DNA from: Candidatus Bathyarchaeia archaeon
Lineage (GTDB): Archaea; Thermoproteota; Bathyarchaeia; Bathyarchaeales; Bathycorpusculaceae
Reading direction: 5' to 3'
Length of the DNA stretch: 64,000 nt
Assembly (NCBI GenBank): GCA_049521795.1
Contig: JBEKOM010000005.1
Span: forward strand, 32,001 to 96,000
Positions 20,550 to 30,139 of this stretch are shown here, piece after piece. How positions within the stretch are numbered: position 1 is the stretch's first letter; every line of letters starts with the position of its first letter. The notes under the pieces were generated by a model. It was not told the origin of the DNA. It did not search any database and saw only the letters and a list, made by a program, of their open reading frames with translations. Both the position numbers and the translations under genes were made by a program.

Positions 20550-20660
20550 GGATCCGTAGCGCAGCATGGATGCAGATTACGCCATAAAGCGCGTCGGCCT
20601 TCTAAAGCCGAGGCTGAGGAAAGCCGAAAGTCCTGGGTTCAAATCCCAGCGGATCCGCCA
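20550..20660 (+). tRNA. tRNA-Arg(TCT) with two introns (D-loop 20572-20587; canonical 37/38 20605-20621), CCA encoded
   Basis: GGATCCG/CGGATCC acceptor, GCGC/GCGC D stem, TCGGC/GCCGA anticodon stem, CTGGG-TTCAAAT-CCCAG T arm; both insertions form BHB motifs. Confidence 0.93.
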
Positions 20661-20854
20661 ATGAGAACTCAACGAGTTTTCGCGACAGTTGACGCTTTCT
20701 GTAAAATCACAATTAGATAACATAGTGAAGTTTAGGAACAGGCATGCGTGCTGGCTGTTTTTCCTTGTGAAAGCGGAAATTATAAATCAGTAATGAAATA
20801 ATAGAGTGTAGTTGCTTCAGTATTTGACTCATCTCTGTATAAGGGGGTAGGATT

Positions 20855-21613
20855 ATGAGCACTCATGCAGAAGACTTAAAACTTCGCCTAATGACGATCG
20901 AACTGCTTAGGACCGCAAAGTACAAGAGAAACATCACCTACCGCGAACTGGCCTCAAAAACCGGTTTGCCCGTCACCGTCCTGAGTAGATACGCGAAGGG
21001 GCATGTCCTCCCTAACACCTCGAGGGCAAAGCAGCTGTGGAAGGTTCTCACGAAACTCGTTGGCCTTGAAACCGAGCTTCGCAGCAGAATAAAGTTTGAT
21101 GGTGAAGGATACTTCGACAACACGGAAATCATAGGCGATTTCAACATCCTCCAGCAGGCGGCAAATCACGCGCTGGCCAACTTTGCTGGAAAAAGAGTGA
21201 CAAGAGTTCTCTCTGCAGCCGTGGACGGCATCCCGCTGGCAGCAATGGTTGCCAACGCCCTCGGAGTGAACCTGGTGATCGCGAAGCGAAGCAAGGAGGT
21301 TGGCGTCAAGGCCTTCCTTGAGGAAACATACGTTCTCATGAAAGGATCAGGTATCACGAACACGCTTTACATTCCCAAAGAAGCCATCAGGAAGCGCGAC
21401 AGCGTCCTGATCGTGGACGACATGATCAAGACGGGCGAAACGCAGGCCGCATTGGTGAACCTAGTTCGGAAAGCGAAAGCTGAGATGTCAGGAGTTTTCT
21501 TCCTCATAGCCGTCGGCGACGAGTGGAAGAAGACCCTCAAGCTTTCAGGCGAATGCCCGATAGAAGTGATCACGTACGTCAAGCCGCCGTACGACCAGAG
21601 CACCCGCTACTAG
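20855..21613 (+). CDS. HTH + phosphoribosyltransferase-domain protein (archaeal PurR/Apt-like)
   Basis: TYRELASKTGLPVTVLSRYAKGHVLP HTH; VLIVDDMIKTGET PRPP loop. Confidence 0.88.
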   Translation: MSTHAEDLKLRLMTIELLRTAKYKRNITYRELASKTGLPVTVLSRYAKGHVLPNTSRAKQLWKVLTKLVGLETELRSRIKFDGEGYFDNTEIIGDFNILQQAANHALANFAGKRVTRVLSAAVDGIPLAAMVANALGVNLVIAKRSKEVGVKAFLEETYVLMKGSGITNTLYIPKEAIRKRDSVLIVDDMIKTGETQAALVNLVRKAKAEMSGVFFLIAVGDEWKKTLKLSGECPIEVITYVKPPYDQSTRY

Positions 21614-22303
21614 CTAGAGAAACGCGGGACTTTTCCCCTTTCTAAGATAATCCTTGCCAAGTCTCAGCAGGGCAGTTTCAAAGTTGACGAAAGACTTTCC
21701 GGTGAGCTCGCATCTCGCCCAGAAAACCTTCAGCTGCCTCAAAGCGTCTTCGGCAGTTGCATCTTTCTTCACGATTCCAAGCCGTTTCGCGACCTCCACG
21801 ACCAGTGGCGTCGGCCTGGGATCAGCTTTCTGCCAAACTCCACGCAGTTCTCTCAGGAAAATGCTGACAGTTACGTCACCGATGCCCTTACCCAAGGCTT
21901 TCAGCCTCCTCTCCAAGTCGCGAGCATCAGAGGCCTGAACGTGGATCATGTTTGGGCTTCCCCGGTACGTTTCGGTCAGGTTTCGCATAACCTCTAGCAG
22001 CTTGTCTGCAGTTTTGAAGTCGTAGCGCGTGTAGCTTCCTTCGTCCAGGATCTTGACAAGCCCATCCCAACCTCTGTCAAGTATCTTCTTAGGCGTTAAG
22101 GCGTCACACTTTTCGAAGCACTCGTAGGTCTTGATGACAGAGGATTCCGTTATCGGCGCACCGAAAAGCAAAGACGCTAGGAACCACTTGAAAACCTCTC
22201 CATCGTTCCCCGACGAGAGATTTATGCCTAAGGCTTCGGAGTATTTCTGCCCTAGGCTTTCAACAAGAGCTTTGACACTTTCCTTTTTCAATACGTTCTT
22301 CAC
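21614..22303 (-). CDS. HhH-GPD DNA glycosylase-like protein
   Basis: FKWFLASLLFGAPI, Y.RYD..TA, KGIGDVTVSIFLRELR helix-hairpin-helix. Confidence 0.75.
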   Translation of the reverse strand: MKNVLKKESVKALVESLGQKYSEALGINLSSGNDGEVFKWFLASLLFGAPITESSVIKTYECFEKCDALTPKKILDRGWDGLVKILDEGSYTRYDFKTADKLLEVMRNLTETYRGSPNMIHVQASDARDLERRLKALGKGIGDVTVSIFLRELRGVWQKADPRPTPLVVEVAKRLGIVKKDATAEDALRQLKVFWARCELTGKSFVNFETALLRLGKDYLRKGKSPAFL

Positions 22304-22356
22304 CTACCAACAAGTCTTATACGGTCAAATCATAAACGGTTTACGAGGATGAAACT

Positions 22357-23376
22357 GTGCGGACCATAGAATGGCGCAAAGGAACGGTTGCAACAATAGA
22401 CCAGACAAAGCTTCCAGACGAAGAAACGCGTATCATCATCAAAAACTGCGGCGAAATGGCTGAAGCAATAAGGTCGATGAGAATAAGAGGTGCGCCTCTC
22501 CTAGGCGCTGCAGCCGCTTTTGCACTGGCCTTGACAGCTTTTGACTCGAAAGCAAAGAGTAAGGAGGAATTGATTAGCGAGTTGGAGGAGGCAGCAGACA
22601 CGATCAGACGAACAAGGCCGACTGCTGTCAACCTTTTCTGGGCCCTAGACAGGATCCTGAACAAGGCTAAAGCACTGCCTGGAAACCGAGATGCCCTAGC
22701 CGGCTTCGTGGTGGAAGAAGCAAAGAAGATAGCTGATGAGGACGCGGCGGCAAACCGGGCGATTGGCAAGTACGGCGCTGAGCTCGTTCATGACGGAGAC
22801 GTCATACTGACGCACTGCAACGCTGGGGCTTTGGCCACAGTCGAGTATGGCACTGCTCTCGGCGTTATTCGAGCAGCTTGGGAGCAGGGAAAACGCATCA
22901 AAGTCATCGCGGCTGAGACTCGTCCGCTCTTGCAGGGCGCACGACTGTCAGTTTACGAGCTTAAGAAAGAAGGTATACCGGTCACCTTGATCACCGACAA
23001 CATGGTCGGATACCTGATGTATAAGAAGATGGTCAATAAGGTCTTGGTCGGTGCAGACAGGATAGTCAGAGACGCGGTGATCAACAAGGTTGGAACGTTC
23101 ACAATTGCTGTTCTGGCCAGAGAGCACAAGATTCCTTTTTACGTTGCAGCACCAAGCTCAACGTTCGACCTTGTTCACACTTCAAGACAGGTTGTTATCG
23201 AGGAACGAAAGCCAGAGGAAGTCACCCACATAGGCTCAAAGCGCATCACCGTCGAGGGAGTGGACGTGCTAAACCCAGCCTTCGACATAACTCCATTCAA
23301 GTACGTGACAGCGATAATCAGTGAAAAAGGCGTCTTACCACCGGAATATTTCAGTGAACACAAAGCCAACCGCTAA
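22357..23376 (+). CDS. mtnA: S-methyl-5-thioribose-1-phosphate isomerase (eIF2B-like family)
   Basis: IDQTKLP, MRIRGAP, RPTAVNL, THCNAGALAT..YGTALG, ETRPLLQGARL, NPAFDITP. Confidence 0.92.
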   Translation: MRTIEWRKGTVATIDQTKLPDEETRIIIKNCGEMAEAIRSMRIRGAPLLGAAAAFALALTAFDSKAKSKEELISELEEAADTIRRTRPTAVNLFWALDRILNKAKALPGNRDALAGFVVEEAKKIADEDAAANRAIGKYGAELVHDGDVILTHCNAGALATVEYGTALGVIRAAWEQGKRIKVIAAETRPLLQGARLSVYELKKEGIPVTLITDNMVGYLMYKKMVNKVLVGADRIVRDAVINKVGTFTIAVLAREHKIPFYVAAPSSTFDLVHTSRQVVIEERKPEEVTHIGSKRITVEGVDVLNPAFDITPFKYVTAIISEKGVLPPEYFSEHKANR

Positions 23377-23403
23377 TAGGAAGAAACGATAACTTCATGA
23401 CAG

Positions 23404-23973
23404 TTGTGGAATTGGATGAGCAAGAAAGAAAAGCCGGCCAACAGCGGCTCAGAATTCAAGATTAAGGGCTTACTCGTCGAAAGTGGGGTTCGAGTCACTG
23501 AAAAGGAGTCTGCAGACGAACTCTCGTCAAGAGGTTACGGTGTGGTCGAAGGCAAAGAGCTGCTGCTCACCTTCTACGAGGCTCTCTACCTCTTGGACAA
23601 GCAGATGCTGGAAGCCGAGGATGAACAAGGTAAAAAGGTGAACTTTCAAAGTCTGGTGGAACGCTCCGAGAGCGTCAACGAGAACGCTTGGGCAGGATAC
23701 CTGGTTTATCGAGACCTGAGAAGTCGCGGATACGTGGTCCGAGAAGGATTCGGTTCAAGAGTTGACTTTCGCGTCTACGAACGAGGAGACTACAGCAAAG
23801 CCACAGCGAAATATCTGATCATAAGCGTTCAAGAGGGAAAACCAACCTCGCTCGAAGACCTCACAGGCTCGTTGACGGAAAGCCTGAGTCTGAAGAAGGA
23901 GCTGGTTTTGGCCGTCATCAACCGCAGAGGAGAAACAGTTTATTATTCAGTCTCAGAATTGAACCTAAAATGA
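23404..23973 (+). CDS. endA: tRNA-splicing endonuclease subunit, probably the structural (beta) subunit
   Basis: YEALYL, YLVYRDLRSRGYVV.EGFG..DFRVY, KKELVLAV....G...YY; no catalytic His in the expected H(A/S).Y loop. Confidence 0.85.
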   Translation: MWNWMSKKEKPANSGSEFKIKGLLVESGVRVTEKESADELSSRGYGVVEGKELLLTFYEALYLLDKQMLEAEDEQGKKVNFQSLVERSESVNENAWAGYLVYRDLRSRGYVVREGFGSRVDFRVYERGDYSKATAKYLIISVQEGKPTSLEDLTGSLTESLSLKKELVLAVINRRGETVYYSVSELNLK

Positions 23974-23991
23974 TGCCGAGGAAAATATGGA

Positions 23992-25281
23992 ATGCCTGAG
24001 TTCAAGACCCTCCGCGGAATGAGAGACCTCTTGCCTGAAGATGCCAAGATGATGATATACGTTGAAGACCAAGCTAGAAAAACAGCTCGACTTTACGGGT
24101 ACAAAGAGATCATAACTCCGGTCGTTGAATCGTACGAGCTTCTTGCAGCCAAGGCAGGCGACGAAGTCAGGTCCAGAATGTTTGCATTCAAAGACCTAGG
24201 CGGGCGAGACGTCGCGTTGCGACCAGAGTTCACGGCTTCAATAGCAAGGCTCGTCGCCACGACCATGAGGAACGAGCCTAAGCCCTTCAGACTCTTCTGC
24301 ATGGGCACCGTGTACCGATACGATGAGCCGCAACGCGGGCGGTACAGAGAGATCTGGCAGTCCGACTACGAACTCATCGGTTCAAACAGACCTGAGGCAG
24401 ACGCTGAAGTAATCATGCTGACTGACGGTCTGATGCGGGAAGCAGGCCTCAAGAGGTTCGCTGTGAAAGTCGGTCATATTGGGGTCCTGAGAGGAATACT
24501 GGGCCAAGAAAGAGTGGGCGAAAAAGAGCAAAGCGCAATCATGCAACTAATGGACAAAAAGGAGTATGATAACGCCCTGAAGCTGGTAGAAGATGCCGGC
24601 GTCTCACCCAAATGCTTAGACGTTCTGCGCCGACTGGTCGAATGTAGAGGAACTGACGTTACAGAGGTTGTGAACAAGACAGAAGAGCTTGTTAAAGACT
24701 ACGAGAACTCCGTAATAGCAGCGGAAAACCTGCGGGAAACTCTGAAGCTTGTCTCCGAGAGCGGATGCAAGATCGACGCGACTGTTGACGCAGGCTTCGC
24801 CCGTGGGCTCGAGTACTACACGGGAATGATCTTTGAAGTCTACGTGCCAAGCATTGACGTCGCCCTCGGAGGCGGCGGGAGATATGACAAGCTTGTTGAG
24901 CTGTTCGGAGGAGAACCGACACCGGCCGTGGGAATTGCCCATGGAATTGACCGCATAGTGCTTGCATTGAAGATGCAGAAGACTGTGCTGAGAACGGGAA
25001 ATGAGAAGACTGTCGTTGTCGTTCCAATTAAAGAAGAGTTGAGAGCTGAGGCCTTGAAGATTTCGCGGATGCTCAGAGATGCTGGCATATTGGTTGAGGT
25101 TGAAGTGATGGGACGAAGGATGGCCAAGGCGTTGGAGGATGCTGACAGAAGGAAAATTGATTATGCGATAATCGTTGGAGAAAGAGAGCTAGCTGAAGGA
25201 GCCGTTGTTGTTCGCAACCTGGCTAAAAGACAGCAAAGCACGGTGAAAGTTGAAAAAGTGATAGATTTACTTAAGGGCTGA
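23992..25281 (+). CDS. hisS: Histidine--tRNA ligase
   Basis: RGMRD, LRPEFTAS, YRYDEPQRGRYRE, ARGLEYYTG, GGGRYD. Confidence 0.97.
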   Translation: MPEFKTLRGMRDLLPEDAKMMIYVEDQARKTARLYGYKEIITPVVESYELLAAKAGDEVRSRMFAFKDLGGRDVALRPEFTASIARLVATTMRNEPKPFRLFCMGTVYRYDEPQRGRYREIWQSDYELIGSNRPEADAEVIMLTDGLMREAGLKRFAVKVGHIGVLRGILGQERVGEKEQSAIMQLMDKKEYDNALKLVEDAGVSPKCLDVLRRLVECRGTDVTEVVNKTEELVKDYENSVIAAENLRETLKLVSESGCKIDATVDAGFARGLEYYTGMIFEVYVPSIDVALGGGGRYDKLVELFGGEPTPAVGIAHGIDRIVLALKMQKTVLRTGNEKTVVVVPIKEELRAEALKISRMLRDAGILVEVEVMGRRMAKALEDADRRKIDYAIIVGERELAEGAVVVRNLAKRQQSTVKVEKVIDLLKG

Positions 25282-25758
25282 AGACTTCAGCGTGCGCTCT
25301 TCTCTCCTGAGGAAGTCACCTATGTCCGATATGTTCTTTATGACAACACTGTCCTCTTCCATGCCTAGGTCGGAGACTACTCTGCCGAAGCCCAAGCATT
25401 CATCATAACAGTTTAGCACCAGAACGTGATCGCCTTTCCTCGCTGGGCCGATAGCCTTCACTATTCCTCGTTTGAACACGTCTCTTCCACAGATGAACAA
25501 CCATTCCGTCTTCTTGTTGACGACAACTTCGTTTGCTTTCTTCTCTGCCATCATTCTCAACAGTTCAAAGCCGGGGAAGAATCTCCCATTCTTAACCTTC
25601 CCAAGGTACGTGCCCGCGTAGAAAAAGTCCTTCAAAGCCAACTTCTTCAAACTCGCGCTCAAAAGGAAATATCTGCTGCTCTTCTCCACGATCAGACTCT
25701 CGTCAAGGCTTATGCTTGCTCCAAACAGACTGACAAAATCATCTATTGGCTTTATCAT
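25267..25758 (-). CDS. NIP7-like PUA-domain ribosome biogenesis protein
   Basis: AGTYLGK, EWLFICGRDVF, VLVLN...ECLGFG, DIGDFLRRE; ATGA overlap with the upstream methyltransferase. Confidence 0.85.
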   Translation of the reverse strand: MIKPIDDFVSLFGASISLDESLIVEKSSRYFLLSASLKKLALKDFFYAGTYLGKVKNGRFFPGFELLRMMAEKKANEVVVNKKTEWLFICGRDVFKRGIVKAIGPARKGDHVLVLNCYDECLGFGRVVSDLGMEEDSVVIKNISDIGDFLRREERTLKSSALK

Positions 25759-26645
25759 GCAGATTCGCTCTTCAAGAGTTTGCACACGAAGAAGCCCTGC
25801 GTTTGCCCCGGCCAAATCCTCATGCAATTCCGCACTGAACCGTCCAAATGATTTCCGAAGACTTCTGTCAGTCCTTCCTGTCCGTAACAACTGATTTCTT
25901 CAACTCTCATGTTTAGGCATCTGATTGCCCAGTCGATGTTCAGCTCATTTTCTTCAGGCTCCAAGGAGCATGTGGAATAGATGATTTCTCCATCGTTTTC
26001 CAGCATCTTGACCGTTTCTGTCAATATCTCTCTTTGCAGCGCCGCGTTTCTTTCCACGTCTTTGATCGTTCTTCTTTTGAACCAGTTCCTGTCTGTTGCG
26101 AAGTTTCCTGAGCATGGCATGTCGAGAAGTATTCGGTCAAAGGTTGTTTCCAGCTGTGATACGCGTCGTGCATCCAGCTGGTAGACTATTGTGTTCTTGA
26201 CTTGACATCTTTCCAGCTGGTTTGATAGGGCGGTGAGTCTCTGCCGGTTGATGTCGAGAGCCACTATTGCACCTGTGTTGTGCATGAGGTCTGCTAGCTG
26301 AGTGGTCTTGCCTCCTGGAGCCGCGCAGGCGTCGAGCACTGTCGCGTCCTTCAGTTCTGTGAAAAGCGTGGCTGGGATCTGAGCGGCTGCTTCTTGCATC
26401 GAGTACAAGCCTGACAGATACGCTGTTGTTGCGCCAGCAGAGAAACGAGACTCTTCAACCCAGTAGCCATTTTCGAGAAAGGGAACTTTCGTTAGCACGA
26501 GTCCCTGGTCTTGCAGTCTTCTTGCGAGGTCCAGCGATTTCTTGACGTTGGCAGAGTTGATTCTGATTGTCTTCTTCAGTTCGACAGTGTGGTATTTCCA
26601 GCCCAGTTTTCTGTAGCGGTCTATGAAGAACTCTTTGCTAGACAT
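25755..26645 (-). CDS. RsmB/NOP2/Sun-family RNA m5C methyltransferase
   Basis: QEAAAQIP, VLDACAAPGGKT, ILLDMPCSG, YSTCSLEPEENE; start trimmed to ATG 26645. Confidence 0.93.
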   Translation of the reverse strand: MSSKEFFIDRYRKLGWKYHTVELKKTIRINSANVKKSLDLARRLQDQGLVLTKVPFLENGYWVEESRFSAGATTAYLSGLYSMQEAAAQIPATLFTELKDATVLDACAAPGGKTTQLADLMHNTGAIVALDINRQRLTALSNQLERCQVKNTIVYQLDARRVSQLETTFDRILLDMPCSGNFATDRNWFKRRTIKDVERNAALQREILTETVKMLENDGEIIYSTCSLEPEENELNIDWAIRCLNMRVEEISCYGQEGLTEVFGNHLDGSVRNCMRIWPGQTQGFFVCKLLKSESA

Positions 26646-27185
26646 CAACGGTAGTTTGGAGAACTGCTCATAAAAGCTTGATGTAGGCGAAGCCCGCTGG
26701 CCGGTCGTTAAATTCGCAAAAAGCATATAACCAAAAGTATATACACTTTGCATATACAGTCGACGAGCATTATTGAAAACGGTGAGGCTTTTCAGGTTGG
26801 ATGCGGAGCCACCGAAGAACAGCAGCGTGTAGAAACACGAGCGATCCTGAGAAGGCTTGCAGTTCGGGAGAGACGCGTATCCTTTCAGAGTTCCTCCCCC
26901 GTTTTTATGGTAACGTTTTTGGTAATGTTGTGTGGTAACAAATCTTGAAGCGCGCGCTTCGACAGTCACCTCGTTTTCTGATTTCATCTGCTCTGGCCTT
27001 CAACTTTCTAGGCATGCCCTGAACCTTGCGACCGTCTCTTGCCAATCTTGTCTAAGCGAGATCTGTGATCTCAGGCACTTGGCGGTTTGGTTCTTGTGTT
27101 GCGTTGTTTTTCTGGGCGAGTTAGCGTCTAGTGTGACTGCTGTGCAAGTCTTAAATTATCAGGCAAGGAATAGCCTCGTAGGGGT

Positions 27186-27638
27186 TTGATGAGCGAAAGA
27201 TACGCATTCGTTATGATGGTCATGGAGAAATGGTGGGTTGCGTTTTGCAGGCGTAGCGAAGAAGGAAAGAATGTTCATTCCTTTGTCATCAGGGGGGCGG
27301 CGCCGCCTAAGAGCACTTTGCTCATTCATTTTTACGTGACCAAGCCTGTTAGCGCGATCGCTGGTTACGCTCACTTCATCGAGCGCGTGGTGGGAAACCC
27401 GCAGGAGTTGTGGAGCAGGTTCGGAGGTGAATCGGTTCTCGGTTCCAATGCTCGATATGAGGAATTCGTTGGCAATACGTTGGAAGTGTCTTTTGTCAGG
27501 TTCAAGGATCTGAATGTAGCCGTGAACCCGATATCTCTCAGCCGTCTTCTCATGTTCTTAGGTGTCAAGAGGCTTTCGAGAAAAGGTTTCTACGTGAACA
27601 ACAAATTGTCTGATACGCTTATATCAATGATGGAATAG
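27186..27638 (+). CDS. PUA/ASCH-like (DUF365-like) hypothetical protein
   Basis: FYVTKPVSAIAGYA.....V.GNP.ELW..FG pattern typical of ASCH/EVE-like domains. Confidence 0.55.
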   Translation: MMSERYAFVMMVMEKWWVAFCRRSEEGKNVHSFVIRGAAPPKSTLLIHFYVTKPVSAIAGYAHFIERVVGNPQELWSRFGGESVLGSNARYEEFVGNTLEVSFVRFKDLNVAVNPISLSRLLMFLGVKRLSRKGFYVNNKLSDTLISMME

Positions 27639-27813
27639 ACAGAAACGGTTCCTGTCCGTTCACTGACGTTCCTGCAATCAATGGCAAAAAGTTAATAGGT
27701 CGCCGTTTTTACATGCATTTAGCTCATCTTCAGGCGTGACAATCAAGTATGTTTGTTGAACTCCGTACGAGCTACATCAGCGTTAGGCATTCTTCTCTTA
27801 GGGTAAAGAGGGT

Positions 27814-30036
27814 TTGACGATGGTAAAGTATAGGCAGGTTGAAGAGATTCAGAAGTTGATGAATTATCCAGAAATGATCAGGAACACGAGCATCATCGCC
27901 CACGTGGATCATGGCAAGACCACTCTTTCAGACAGTCTTCTGGCCGCTGCAGGCATAATAAGCGAGCAGAGGGCAGGTCAGCAGCTTGCACTTGACTCGT
28001 GGGAGCTTGAGCAGAAGAGGCAGATGACAGTGTTTGCTTCAAACATCAGCCTAGCTCACACCTACGAGGGAAAAGAGTACCTGATCAACCTGATTGACAC
28101 GCCGGGGCACATTGACTTCAGCGGGGCGGTGACGAGAAGTTTGCGAGCCGTTGACGGGGCGCTGGTCGTTGTGGACGCTGTTGAAGGGCCTATGACTCAG
28201 ACTGAAACGGTTCTGATGCAAGCCTTGCGTGAGAGGGTGAAGCCGATTCTCTTCATAAACAAGGTTGACAGGCTCATTAAGGAGATAAAGCTGACGCCGG
28301 AGGAGATTCAGCGGAAGTTCGCCAAAATAATTACTAGAGTGAACGGCCTCATCGAAAAGTACGCGCCGGTCGAGCACAAGAAGGATTGGCAAGTCAAGGC
28401 TGAGAACGGGTCAGTGGCCTTCGGCTCAGCTCTTCACAAGTGGGGACTAAACCTGCCCCACATGAAGGCGAAAGGCGTAACCTTCAAGGACATCGTTGAC
28501 GCTTACCTCGGAGAAAAGGAAGAGATTGACAGGAAAGTCGACGCTTTAAGCAAGAGGGCACCGCTTGCCGAGCCTATACTGGACATGTTCGTCGAACACC
28601 TGCCCAACCCATTGCAGGCACAAGCGTTCAGACAGGGCCAAATCTGGCCAGGAGACCCGAACAGTCCAGTGGGCATTGGCATGGCCAAAGTGGATCCAAA
28701 GGGGCCCCTCTTGATGTGCATCTCAACTATTGAAGTTGACCCCAACCGCGGAGTCGTTGCCATCGGACGCGTTTTCAGCGGCACGGTTGAGAAGGGCAAA
28801 GTCGTTCAACTCATCACGGCCAGAGCGAAAGGCCCGATTCAACAGGTCTTCATGAGCATGGCTGTTGACAAGGTGATAATAGACAGGGTTCCGGCTGGAA
28901 ACATAGCGGCACTTTCTGGGCTGCCGTCTATGCACGTCGGCGAAACAGTCGCAGAAGACGGTGTGGAAACGCAGGCGTTCGAAGGGTTGAAGTACGTTTC
29001 GGACCCAGTGGTCACTGTCGCCGTGGAGCCTGTCGACGTCACGGAACTACCGCTCTTCGACAAGGTTATGCGCAAGCTGACAACCGAGGACCCGAACTTA
29101 CACTTCCTCATAAACAAGGAGAGCGGAGAGTACCTCCTCAGCGGCATGGGCGAACTGCACCTGGAAATCACGGCCTATCGAATGCAGGAAGCAAACCTCA
29201 AGGTGAAGACCAGCAAACCAATAGTGATTTACCGCGAAACGATCAGCCACGACTACAAGGGACCGGCAGTGATGGGCAAAAGTCCCAACAAACACAACAA
29301 ACTGTGGGTCACAATGGAGAAATTACCCGAAGAAGTGATCGAAGCGATAAAGGCTGGAAAGATATCCGAGATGCAGAGCAAAGACGACAGAGTAAAAATC
29401 CTTAAGGGGTTCGGCTGGGAAACAGACGACGCTAAGGGCGTCGTGGCGATCGAGGGCAACAACATTCTCGTCAACAGGATAAAGGGAAGACAATACGTAG
29501 ATGAAGTGATGGACCACATCAAATCAGGCTTCCGCGAAGCAACGTTCACCTCCGTGCTAGCAAAAGAACCCGCGTACGGGCTGAAGGTCAACCTGGAAGA
29601 CATCACGGTTCACGAGGACCCCGTGCACAGAGGACCAGCACAGATACTGCCCATGACTTGGCGACCAATCTGGTGCACCTTTCTGCTTAGCGACCCGAAG
29701 CTACTAGAACCGCTCATAAGCTTCGAATGCAAGGTTCCAAACCAGTTCGTGAGCAGCATCATCGCAACAGTTCAGAAACGCCGAGGCAAAATCCTAGACA
29801 TGACAAACGAAGAGGACATGATCATCGTCAAAGCAGAGATGCCCGTGTCTGAATCATTCGGTTTGGCCGAAGAGCTGCGCTCATCAACGGAGGGGAGAGC
29901 CTTCTGGGCCACACAGTTCAGCCGATGGGCTCAAGTTCCGGAGCAGATGCAGCCCGAAATAGTGAAGCAGATCCGCGAACGCAGAGGCTTAGCGCCGACT
30001 CCGCCGAGAGCAGAGGAGTTCTTCGAAGAAGCATAA
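27814..30036 (+). CDS. fusA: Translation elongation factor aEF-2 (or its paralog)
   Basis: AHVDHGKT, DTPGH, NKVD, GMGELHL, KSPNKHN, HEDPVHRGPAQ diphthamide loop. Confidence 0.95.
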   Translation: MTMVKYRQVEEIQKLMNYPEMIRNTSIIAHVDHGKTTLSDSLLAAAGIISEQRAGQQLALDSWELEQKRQMTVFASNISLAHTYEGKEYLINLIDTPGHIDFSGAVTRSLRAVDGALVVVDAVEGPMTQTETVLMQALRERVKPILFINKVDRLIKEIKLTPEEIQRKFAKIITRVNGLIEKYAPVEHKKDWQVKAENGSVAFGSALHKWGLNLPHMKAKGVTFKDIVDAYLGEKEEIDRKVDALSKRAPLAEPILDMFVEHLPNPLQAQAFRQGQIWPGDPNSPVGIGMAKVDPKGPLLMCISTIEVDPNRGVVAIGRVFSGTVEKGKVVQLITARAKGPIQQVFMSMAVDKVIIDRVPAGNIAALSGLPSMHVGETVAEDGVETQAFEGLKYVSDPVVTVAVEPVDVTELPLFDKVMRKLTTEDPNLHFLINKESGEYLLSGMGELHLEITAYRMQEANLKVKTSKPIVIYRETISHDYKGPAVMGKSPNKHNKLWVTMEKLPEEVIEAIKAGKISEMQSKDDRVKILKGFGWETDDAKGVVAIEGNNILVNRIKGRQYVDEVMDHIKSGFREATFTSVLAKEPAYGLKVNLEDITVHEDPVHRGPAQILPMTWRPIWCTFLLSDPKLLEPLISFECKVPNQFVSSIIATVQKRRGKILDMTNEEDMIIVKAEMPVSESFGLAEELRSSTEGRAFWATQFSRWAQVPEQMQPEIVKQIRERRGLAPTPPRAEEFFEEA

Positions 30037-30139
30037 AAAAAGACAAACGCCCATTCTCCACTTTTCGTTCGCTATCCCTGTCCACTCGCTTTCAGCAAAC
30101 CTTATTGATTTTGACATGTATACTTCTTGACGAATTACT

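Noticed and set aside
26646-26987. Long N-terminal extension of the NOP2/Sun methyltransferase, or an RNase P RNA in this gap
   Set aside because: The extension does not look protein-like, and I could not find the conserved RNase P P4 pairing sequences.
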